Source: Antedon mediterranea
Taxonomy: Eukaryota > Animalia > Echinodermata
Direction: 5' to 3'
Length of the DNA: 64,000 nt
NCBI RefSeq assembly: GCF_964355755.1
Contig: NC_092676.1
Location: forward strand, 9,773,888-9,837,887
Within the stretch, counting starts at the first letter, position 1. Each line of letters begins with the position of its first letter. This document shows, piece after piece, positions 1 through 9,030 of the stretch. A model generated the notes under the pieces. It was not told the DNA's origin and made no database searches. It saw only the letters and a list, made by a program, of their open reading frames with translations. Made by a program: the position numbers and the translations under genes.

Positions 1-308
1 TGCATAATCATAAAACTTCTTCGCGATCTGTGTGAAAACACCTTCTCAACCCTGACGAGTTGTAAACAATCCTAATTAGCATCAGGCATAATGCATACTC
101 ATGGTTTGAAATCTTTGTTTACTTTCGCTTGTGACGATTTTCCAGACGAAATGTAATCAAACTAATTTAACTGTTAACGTAAACTTGTTGTTTTTGGCTC
201 GAATTTTCTACTTAAAGTGAATAACTTTAATATTACTTTAATCATGGCCAATTTAAATTAAGAATATTTTGACCTTCATTTTTTTGTGTTTCAAGGGACA
301 ATACATCT
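1..308. mobile_element. Right part of a non-autonomous TTAA-targeting (Kolobok/T2-MITE-like) DNA element, truncated by the window edge
   Basis: Bases ~50-308 align by eye with 24210-24464 and end in the same terminal inverted repeat GGGACAATACATCT. Confidence 0.75.
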
Positions 309-775
309 AATATTAATATTCACATGGGTGACATTATAGATTCATAAAAAGGATTAACTAAATGTATGACTTTACACCTGCAAAAATTACCAACTTGTAT
401 TCAGGTTAATTTTGCATAGTATGAAGAGATTTCCCTTGAAAAAAACACGCCAATGATAGGCCTGTATTTTTTTCCCTAGATTTCTCCCGAGTTGTTACTG
501 CATGCGCATGTATTGCGCTGGTATTAAACTGACCAATAATAGTAATCAAATGACGCGCAACTATGCTTTCTCATGGTTCGCGTATGTTTGTATTAAAACC
601 AGTTGCTTATCTGGTACTTTCCCCTTTTTGTGAACAATGAACCTTTTTGTGGAAAAAACAACCCCCTTGTACAACCACTGCAACTTTCCTATGGTATGCT
701 TTGAAGACAAGTTGTTCATTCTTAGAAAATGTATATTTATTATGTGAATTGAGTTGAATTACATATTAATCTTAC

Positions 776-3700
776 CCAATGCTGCTGTCATATTTAAAAG
801 TTGTCCAAATATGCAGCTTTCGGGTATGTATGTCCCTGTATCACTAAAAATTAAAAAAATTTTCAATATAAAGAAGCATTAAGAAACCATAAGAAACTGC
901 AACTATAGACATTGTAAATGTGTTTTAATAAAAAGAGTCTTATATAATTAACATTCCGTTTAGATAAAACCAACATTGTACCTGATATATGGAAAGCCTG
1001 CATTCACATGACCAAGACTGACAGATATTGCATACCTTTAAAAAAATTAGTTATATTAATTATTGGCATAGTGTATATATAACTTTCTTTGAGAATTATT
1101 ATTAGTTATAATTATAATTATTATCATACTTGTTTGAATAAAAGCTTCCCTCGAATAAATGTCTCCATAGAACATTTTTGAATAAACGCCCCTTCCTGGG
1201 GCATATATTTCCTTGAATAAATGCCCACCACATGCATATATACACAATTATTGTATTACAACACATTTCTATTTGTAGTAGAATTCATTGATTGATGTTA
1301 TGTCTAGCTATGGTGCCAGTAGGCAAGATGATACATTTGTTTATCAGTATACACTTCCTATGTTATCAGTTGGTTTACAAATACCACCTGTAACTATACC
1401 AATTTGTATGAGTCATATAGATAGTAGAATTGTGAATAAAAGAGTTGTTAAAAAGTAGTCGAAGTGAATACATCTATCTTTGAGTCAGCTTTACAATACT
1501 TTACATTATATTACAATACATTACTACTGTACAAAGGTACTGGGGGTATATAACAAATTGGCGACGAGGATCGGATTTTAAATTCTAAGTGATACAATGG
1601 CTGGAATTTCACCACCAGTACCGTTTCTACCTACTCCAGGCAAATCAACGTTAAAGTTTGAACAATGGTTTGAATTTTTTACAAATTATACTCTTGCGTC
1701 TGGAAGTGACCGATGGAATGCTGAAAGAAGAAAAGCACTATTACTACATTGTCTTGGTACTGAGGGTCAACGTATTTACAGCTCTTTACCAGAAAGAGAA
1801 ATTGATCCAAATGATGATGTTAATTCATATGATGCAACTGTTGCCAAATTGCGGGCACATTTTAACCCAAGATTAAACGTTGTAGCGGAAAGATACAAAT
1901 TTCGTCAACGTAGACAACTCCAGGATGAAACATCAGATGAGTACGTAAGAGAACTTAGACAATTATCAATTTCATGTAATTTCGGTGTAATATCTGATGA
2001 AATGATAAGAGACCAGTTAGTTGAGAAAACTAATTCTTCCCGTATTCGCGAAAGATTACTTCTGGAACCTGAACTTACATTAAATACTGCCATAGAAATT
2101 GCAAGGCAATGCGAACATGCTGCAAAAGAATGCCAAATAATAGGTAAAGCTGAACTACCATTACCTGTTGAGCAGATACGGAAGAGTAATTACAAACTTA
2201 AACAACAGCCAGCAAAATACAAATCCAGTGAGTACTGTTTTCGTTGTGGTTCGAAATCGCACAAAGCAAATGATGTCAAATGCAAGGCAAAGAAAGCTAA
2301 ATGCAATAAATGCCGTAAGATAGGACATTTTGCTAGTGTTTGCAGAAGTGTTGAAATTGAAAATATTGATGAAACCATGTCTGTTAATGTGATGGTTAAC
2401 AGAAAATTACGCACTGACGTATTGATAGGTCATTCAGCAAAAGTGAACATGACCATAGATACTGGTTCACCAGTTACAATTCTACCCAAAAGAATCTATA
2501 ATCGATATTTTGTCAACGAAGCTCTACAAAAGGCGTCAATCAAACTGATGACCTACTCCAAGGAACCGATACATGTGCATGGATTTGTGAATTTACCAGT
2601 TACCCTTGCCAGTGAGCCAGAGAATAAAGTGCACGCGAAGATTTACATTGTAGAAAAAGGATCGCCTATTCTCGGGATGGACTTGATTAGCAACCTAAAT
2701 ATTAACATTGTGAAAGGACAAATTGCTTATGTCCAAGTTGCTAAAGATACTACTACAATTGATGATGCTGAATACAAGCAAGAACTGAAAAAGAACTATC
2801 CGAGATTGTTCAATGGGAATGTGGGGCTCGCGAAGGATTTCGTACATAAAGTTATGGTCCGCGAACACTGTACACCGAAAATTCAGAAATTACGAAGCTT
2901 ACCATTTACGGTAAGAGACAAAGTTGCTAAAGAACTTGATAGGTTAGAAAGCCAAGGAATTATAGAGAAAATTAATGCAAGTCCTTGGGTAAGTCCTATT
3001 GTTGTAGTAGGTAAAAAATCCGGTGATGTACGTATTTGTATAGATTTAAGAGAAGTTAACAAAGAACTTGTAGTAGACCAATTTCCTTTACCTGATATTT
3101 CAGAATTATTCAATTCATTGCATGGTGCTACTGTATTTTCTACGTTAGATCTTAGATCTGCGTACCATCAATTGACATTACATAAAGAAAGTAGGGATTT
3201 AACTGCTTTTATTACGCATCAAGGCCTTTACCGTTATAAGAGAGTATTTTTTGGTCTTGCTTCCGCACCATCTGCATTTCAGAAAACAATGAGTTCAATC
3301 CTAATGAATGCAAAGGGGGTACGTTGCTATCTTGACGATATTGTTGTCTTTGGTAAAGATGAACATGAACATGCTATTAATATGGAAAATGTTCTAAGTA
3401 AAATACAAAAGGCAGGGTTAACGCTAAACCTTGATAAATGCAAATTTAGAGTGAAACAAATTTACATTACGTACTGACCACAAGGCTAATTTAAAATTGC
3501 TAAGTTCATGTGCTACAGGTCATAAAACCATGCGAATTGCTAGATGGGCAGAGTGGCTACTTAATTTAGATTATGTGATTGAATATGTTACAGGGCAAAA
3601 TAATTCTGTTGCCGATGCTTTAAGTAGACTCCCCATAACAGAAAATAATCCTTCTGTTGATAATAGTGATGAATATGTATTAAGTTATATATTGGATGCT

Positions 3701-5911
3701 AACACTTGCATTACAAAACAAGAGTTAATTAAGGAGACAAATACTGATCATGTGTCAACATTACTTAAGAAGTATATTACAACTGCATGGCCAAGTAAGA
3801 AAATGTTAAATGAAGAATTAAAACCTTACTACCTTGTAAAAGATGAATTGTGTTTAAATGATGATTTAATTATGAGGGGGGAGAGACTGGTAATCCCAAA
3901 ATCATTGCAATGTAAAATAATTGATGAAGCACATACTGCACATCAAGGTATTGTACGAACTAAAAACAGGATTAGAGAACTATACTGGTTTCCTGCTATA
4001 GATCGTAAAGTAGAAGATAAAATTAAGAATTGTGAACCGTGTCAAAATAGTGATAAGACGGCTAAAACTTACAATGCGCCATTACAACCAATTGCGTTAC
4101 CAGAACATGCATGGCAAAAAGTTGCTATTGATATAATAGGCCCATTTGAAAAGGGACCTAGAAAGTGTAGATATGCTATTGTGTTAGTTGACTATTTCAG
4201 TAAATGGCCAGAAGTTTCTTTTACTAATGATATTACATCTACATTTGTATGTAATTTTCTCGATCAGATATTTGCAAGAGAAGGATTACCAAATGAGTTG
4301 GTATCCGATAATGGGAAACAATTTGTATCCATAGAGTTTGAAAATTATTTAAAGGAGAGAGGTATTAAACACATTAGAACATCATTGTACTATCCTAAAA
4401 GTAATGGATTAGTTGAAAGAATGAATAGAACAATTAAACATACCATTCAAATGGCCAATGAAAATAATAAGAATTGGAATGAGGCCATGTTAGAATTTCT
4501 TATGATCTATCGATCTACACCTCATGCTGTTACAGGCATATCTCCTGCAGAATTATTACATAAGCGTAAATTAATTACTACACTAAATGTAAGACCTACA
4601 GATGGTTACCAAAATGGAATTAAACATACTGAGGTAAAGGAACGAGTTAAAAAGTTCCAAAGTAAAAGTAAGAAGTATTACGATGATAAGAAAAATGTGA
4701 GAAAACCACAATTTAAAGTGGGAGATTCAGTACGAATTAAGAATCCGAGACATGTTGATAAATCAAGTAATAAGTTCTATACTGGAGGAAAAATTAAAAG
4801 AATTGTTAGTAATGCTACATATGAGCTAGATGATGGAAAGATCTGGAATGCTAAATACCTAACAAATGATCTAACCACACAGAAACAGAAAGATACTGTT
4901 GTACATACATTTGATAAAGATAGACATGAAGTTTATAAACCACGTTGGTTAATTGATTACACTCCCTAAATGTAACGTGTGAAATTAGGAGGGGAGAGAT
5001 GTTATGTCTAGCTATGGTGCCAGTAGGCAAGATGATACATTTGTTTATCAGTATACACTTCCTATGTTATCAGTTGGTTTACAAATACCACCTGTAACTA
5101 TACCAATTTGTATGAGTCATATAGATAGTAGAATTGTGAATAAAAGAGTTGTTAAAAAGTAGTCGAAGTGAATACATCTATCTTTGAGTCAGCTTTACAA
5201 TACTTTACATTATATTACAATACATTACTACTGTACAAAGGTACTGGGGGTATATAACAATTGACATCAGATCATAATTTACCAAGTATTTTTATACAAT
5301 TTAAAAAATAAACGGCTCCCTCGAATAAACGCTTCCCTCGAAAAAATGTCCCAAACCCCTGAATCCCAACCTAAAAAGCCTCCTGAACAATAAACACCCG
5401 AGGCATTTATTTGAATAAATACGGTAAATTATCAGTATTTTTGTTCTAAAAAGTTTTCATCATAGAACAGTATAATCATTAAGCTTCCTTTGATGAAAAT
5501 AATATTTTCACAGGTCCAGTCATAGAATCATATCATATCATATGGCGATTTTATTGTTCTTATTGATGTGATTTGATTAGATTTAAAAAGATATAATTTT
5601 TATGTAAGACAGCATAATTAATTAAGTGGGTATACTTTTTTTTCTAAAAACTTTTATATAATAAAAATGTTTGTTTATCCATTTACCACCGATCGTTATT
5701 GTCGTAGTGTGTCGCAGCCTTAAGTCTATTAATTATTATATTTCTTAATTGAATACATTTCCGGGAGCAGAAATACACAAAGGCCTATGTACATTGTGAA
5801 TTTACACACACATAAAATAAACAGTACTTACGGTATAAATATTGACATGCCCATAAATATTCCAACTAGGATAGGAAGCCATCCTAATCCTATACAAAAC
5901 CATGCACACAT
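776..5911 (-). CDS. DRAM/TMEM150 (Frag1/DRAM/Sfk1) family membrane protein, paralog A; 3'-partial (continues left of the window)
   Basis: Manually spliced exons 5911-5832 (80 nt, GTAAGT donor), 1035-982 (54 nt) and 843-776 (68 nt), all AG/GT with compatible phases 2,2,1. They give MCAWFCIGLGWLPILVGIFMGMSIFIP-YAISVSLGHVNAGFPYIS-DTGTYIPESCIFGQLLNMTAAL, which contains the family signature PYISDTG..PESC.FG.LLN. Confidence 0.93.
1296..1555 (+). repeat. 5' LTR
   Basis: TG...CA ends with 5-bp inverted termini; AATAAA at 1435-1440; direct repeat of 5000-5259. Confidence 0.98.
1559..1577 (+). promoter_or_regulatory. Primer-binding site, probably for tRNA-Ser(GCT)
   Basis: TGGCGACGAGGATCGGATT lies 3 nt after the 5' LTR and is complementary (one mismatch, from my recollection of the tRNA sequence) to the 3' end ...AATCCCATCCTCGTCG-CCA of metazoan tRNA-Ser(GCT). 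Confidence 0.8.
1597..3477 (+). CDS. Gag-protease-reverse transcriptase polyprotein, truncated by an internal deletion
   Basis: Two Gag zinc knuckles (CFRCGSKSH...C and CNKCRKIGHFASVC), aspartic protease DTGS, RT motifs SPWVSPIVVV, LDLRSAYHQ, FGLASAP and YLDD. Homology stops at KCKFRVKQI. Confidence 0.95.
   Translation: MAGISPPVPFLPTPGKSTLKFEQWFEFFTNYTLASGSDRWNAERRKALLLHCLGTEGQRIYSSLPEREIDPNDDVNSYDATVAKLRAHFNPRLNVVAERYKFRQRRQLQDETSDEYVRELRQLSISCNFGVISDEMIRDQLVEKTNSSRIRERLLLEPELTLNTAIEIARQCEHAAKECQIIGKAELPLPVEQIRKSNYKLKQQPAKYKSSEYCFRCGSKSHKANDVKCKAKKAKCNKCRKIGHFASVCRSVEIENIDETMSVNVMVNRKLRTDVLIGHSAKVNMTIDTGSPVTILPKRIYNRYFVNEALQKASIKLMTYSKEPIHVHGFVNLPVTLASEPENKVHAKIYIVEKGSPILGMDLISNLNINIVKGQIAYVQVAKDTTTIDDAEYKQELKKNYPRLFNGNVGLAKDFVHKVMVREHCTPKIQKLRSLPFTVRDKVAKELDRLESQGIIEKINASPWVSPIVVVGKKSGDVRICIDLREVNKELVVDQFPLPDISELFNSLHGATVFSTLDLRSAYHQLTLHKESRDLTAFITHQGLYRYKRVFFGLASAPSAFQKTMSSILMNAKGVRCYLDDIVVFGKDEHEHAINMENVLSKIQKAGLTLNLDKCKFRVKQIYITY
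3458..4969 (+). CDS. RNase H C-terminal stub plus integrase (out-of-frame remainder of pol)
   Basis: The frame is open from KFTLRTDHK (3458), followed by RIARW, NSVADALSR, the HHCC finger (HTAH...CEPC), the DDE core (IDIIGP, SDNGKQF, GLVERMN) and a GPY/F-like region. The TTG start at 3497 in the ORF track is not a real start. Confidence 0.92.
   Translation, partial: KFTLRTDHKANLKLLSSCATGHKTMRIARWAEWLLNLDYVIEYVTGQNNSVADALSRLPITENNPSVDNSDEYVLSYILDANTCITKQELIKETNTDHVSTLLKKYITTAWPSKKMLNEELKPYYLVKDELCLNDDLIMRGERLVIPKSLQCKIIDEAHTAHQGIVRTKNRIRELYWFPAIDRKVEDKIKNCEPCQNSDKTAKTYNAPLQPIALPEHAWQKVAIDIIGPFEKGPRKCRYAIVLVDYFSKWPEVSFTNDITSTFVCNFLDQIFAREGLPNELVSDNGKQFVSIEFENYLKERGIKHIRTSLYYPKSNGLVERMNRTIKHTIQMANENNKNWNEAMLEFLMIYRSTPHAVTGISPAELLHKRKLITTLNVRPTDGYQNGIKHTEVKERVKKFQSKSKKYYDDKKNVRKPQFKVGDSVRIKNPRHVDKSSNKFYTGGKIKRIVSNATYELDDGKIWNAKYLTNDLTTQKQKDTVVHTFDKDRHEVYKPRWLIDYTP
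4987..4999 (+). promoter_or_regulatory. Polypurine tract
   Basis: AGGAGGGGAGAGA directly abuts the 3' LTR. Confidence 0.93.
5000..5259 (+). repeat. 3' LTR
   Basis: Direct repeat of 1296-1555, followed by the TSD ATTGA. Confidence 0.98.
5445..5722. mobile_element. Diverged right half of the MITE family seen at 27626-28270
   Basis: Shared blocks in the same order as 27935-28272: AAGTTT..CATAGAAC, TTATTGTTCTTATTGAT, AAAACTTTT..AT..AA.AAAAATGT and GTCGT(T)AGTGT....GCCTTAA. Confidence 0.55.
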
Positions 5912-7477
5912 TCTGAAAATAAACCAAAATATGGCCATTAATAATAAAGGTATAATATTCAAGCTTCCTGGTTGCTAATTGTCTACCTTTGTCCTCTCTA
6001 AATAATCATAGTAGTAGACCTCTAGGCATACTAACTAGCCCCTAAAAACTGAAAACCTTAAGCCTTTAATAATCTTTTCCACTCAACTAATCAAAACAAC
6101 AAATAAGAAAACGGCATTCTTCTTGTTTGAAACATGATGTGACATTTGCATTCATTTAAATTTTCTTGCTCAGTAGGAAAATGAAAAAAAACACTATTTT
6201 TTATAATATAAATACATCCAAACTAAATGAGCTGGATCAACTGCCGTTTTGGCTCCGGAGTTTTTTTTAGGGTTATTCCATTATTAAAGTGGGGGTGTGT
6301 GGTTATGAATATTGTGTGCAGGTATGTCAATAGAAATGACATTGAGAGCCCTCTTCTGTCAGTTGACTGGTTCCCGGTCTACCGCCTTGTATTGTAATTG
6401 ACTTAATCATGATCGAATTCCAACAACTTAAGAATATACAAAATGTTTACATAATTATATAACAATGTAGATCTATCTAATAATGTTTTTATTTTTTTGC
6501 AGATAAAGGAGGATCATCAATAAAATAAAATGATAAAAATTCCAGGCATTTAATATACGGTTTACTGATAAAATATAATGTACCAATGAAATAAACCTGG
6601 TGTTCTGAAACATATTTTAATAACTTTTGCCGGCCTAGCGCCTTTGTGTATCTAAATCTATATAAATAATTAAGTTAGTACAGTATTAACAAATAAAGGG
6701 TTAGGGTTATGTATAATAAAATGATAGAAATGAGGCATTATCTAATAATGTTTTTATTGATTTTTTTTTCTGATTTTTATAGTTTTAAAATTCAAGTACC
6801 GTTTTTATAGCGTTATGTATCCTGTAAATGCTAACCTAAAAAGGTTATCTGAATGTTTCTTTTTACGTTATAGAAATGTAATAAAATAACGGTTATAGTG
6901 AACCTAAACATTAACCAAACACTAACGTTAGAAAACCACTATGTGTTTGCTGGACTGCCACAATGGAACAATAGACCTAGGTATGTTAAACAAAGAAATC
7001 ACGTCAAAGCAGGGTGGAGACGGAATTTTAAGACAAAGGCGTTCTATACAAATGCAAATCATTCATGTATACTTTTTACAAATTTTGTTTAGTTTCTTTA
7101 TTAAAAGATTTTGATATGCTGTTATATATAAATATTCTAATACATAGAATAGCAAAATTATCATAATACATAGGATAGCAAAAAATAAACCAAACATAAC
7201 AACAACAAAATTAAATTGACAATGTATTTTTATTTAGAAATTCATTTCAATAATATAAATATTTTTTATTAAATTACATCATTATTTACTTACAATTAAT
7301 TAATTACTTAACTTACATTACAGTAACTGAATAAATGGTACATAAAATTACTAAATAATTGCACATAAAATGCAGGTTATAATAAAGACATAAGTATACA
7401 TATAATGGTACAGGTTATAAATATTTAAATTACGTTTTTTAAATGTAATTATAATAATTAATGATGAGAACACTTAC

Positions 7478-7613
7478 GGTTACGAGTAGACATGTACATT
7501 GGTACATTACAGTACGAGCAATCCTTGGCAGTTGGATAAAAACCCCTTCGTTGGAAAAAGTCCAGGTAGTCATCAAATCCATTAAACAAATGTGGTCCTA
7601 TCTTCGGCAGCAT
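7478..7613 (-). pseudogene. Isolated first exon resembling the N-terminal zinc ribbon of Merlin/ISXO2-like transposases
   Basis: ACC-ATG start, MLPKIGPHLFNGFDDYLDFFQRRGFYPTAKDCSYCNVPMYMSTRN, then a GTAAGT donor at 7477-7472. The pattern F.Q..G......CxxC...M.(L/M) recalls Merlin N-termini. I found no downstream exon. Confidence 0.45.
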
Positions 7614-8294
7614 GGTCCTTGGTTTAAATCGCAGTAAAATCAAATCGAGAACGCAGTAAAATATCGGAGTTGTAGACCTATAATATAGTTGAAAGTTTTT
7701 CGAAAACTGAGTGATTTGAAGACAACTGATCTTGGTTTATATACATGTGCCATATTTTAGTTTGTATACATAGCTCCATGTCGGCATGAGTGATATTGTT
7801 ATATGCTTTATTATGTAATATTGTAAGCTTCAATGAGACACCTTTGTGCAGCAATAAAAAAAAGTAAAACTATGCTACAGCGGTTTTTGTTTCTTAACCT
7901 GATTACATATATTTTATTAATATTTATTCTTCCCAACCATTTTTTTTTAAACTCAAAATTTGAAACACTACCGTTTAGCTTTTTCATTCAAATTGAAGAT
8001 TGAATTTAATGAAATTTTATGTACTGTACTGTTTAACAAATCAACATAACGGTACAATAGGTTATGATTATTTCAAACCAAAATAGCTAGGTTTTTAAGG
8101 ACTGATTTATCTTTAAAAAACGCCTAGAAATAAAAGAGAGAGAGAGAGAGAATAGCAATTACGTGTTGGAATAATACAGTAGTAACGGTACAATATATAA
8201 TCATTTTGGTAAAGAAAATCAAATACTAGGTTTTTTAAGGTCTGATTAAACCAAAGTGTGACGTCGTCTGGAAGCAGGAATTTAATATTCATAA

Positions 8295-9030
8295 TTAGGT
8301 GATCATTTAGAATAAAATGATCACCTATTGTTATTGTATCAAATCTTTATTGGTTATCCGCAACGAAGTTGCTGATAACCTCTTGTGATTGTACGAAATC
8401 ATCATCAACATCAACTTTTTATTTCTCTTCTTTCTTTCTGTATGATTTTTGTGCAACGCTTTTCTCTGAAACTTGCAAACATAACATTTTGTGAACTATG
8501 TTAACATTTTGACATTTGTGTAACGTCGTCAAGCGAAGCTTATATTAGTTCATATAAAAATTAAGCCTATTGGATGTTGTGACGTTACCGTATGGCCAGT
8601 TAAAAAGTATTTTTTTTCATCGCTTTCGTAAAAGTTATACAATTTTTAAATAGCGCGCACCGCCCTTCTACGTGCCAAATTTTCTTCCAATTGTTATATT
8701 TTATTACTCAATTCATTATCTTTCGATATTGTTATCTTCAAGTTTATTTTGACAACGTCATCATACCAAAAAATTAGAACATGATGTGGGTCCCGTAATT
8801 TCACCTATGCTACACTGTATATAGATATACACAGTACAGTATATACTGTACATATTGTATATGGCATATAATAGGCACAACTCAGCACTATAAGCATATA
8901 ATAGGATGGCATACATCAACAATTTCCGATTGTATGTTAACGTAGGTGCATGTTTAAAAAATATGAATGTCAATAAAATGATAAAAATGATCACCTATAA
9001 TTCGTCAAAGTGACGAATTAAATTCTAGTT
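8295..9030 (+). mobile_element. Non-autonomous Helentron-type (HINE/DINE-1-like) element nested in the foldback spacer
   Basis: 5' hairpin TAGGTGATCATTT / AAATGATCACCTA (8296-8327); matching 3' subterminal copy AAATGATCACCTA (8985-8997); stem-loop AATTCGTCA-AAG-TGACGAATT (8999-9019); CTAG-TT end (9025-9030). A second 5'-type hairpin sits at 8352-8380. Confidence 0.7.

Larger units (their letters stand above)
1296..5259 (+). mobile_element. Ty3/Gypsy LTR retrotransposon (Mag-like), internally deleted, recent insertion
   Basis: 260-bp LTRs 1296-1555 and 5000-5259 (TGTTA...TAACA) that are identical by eye; TSD ATTGA at 1291-1295 and 5260-5264; PBS and PPT present; Gag-PR-RT and integrase ORFs in Gypsy order. 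Confidence 0.98.
1130..5426. mobile_element. Old degenerate TA-targeting MITE split by the LTR insertion (remnants ~1130-1230 and ~5305-5426)
   Basis: The repeated CGAATAAA(C/T)G(C/T)CC-type motif occurs on both sides of the LTR element. The right terminus reads ...ATTTATTTGAATAAATACGG|TA; the left terminus is decayed. Confidence 0.45.

Noticed and set aside
53-80. Second hammerhead at CTGACGAG (also ~24210)
   Set aside because: No GAAA core follows the putative stem II; the sequence is MITE interior.
3451-3500. Programmed ribosomal frameshift joining the two retroelement ORFs
   Set aside because: The shift lies within pol, not at gag/pol, and the RT end plus catalytic RNase H are missing, so a deletion explains it.
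5787-5978. 63-aa plus-strand ORF
   Set aside because: It is the antisense shadow of the hydrophobic first coding exon of DRAM paralog A.
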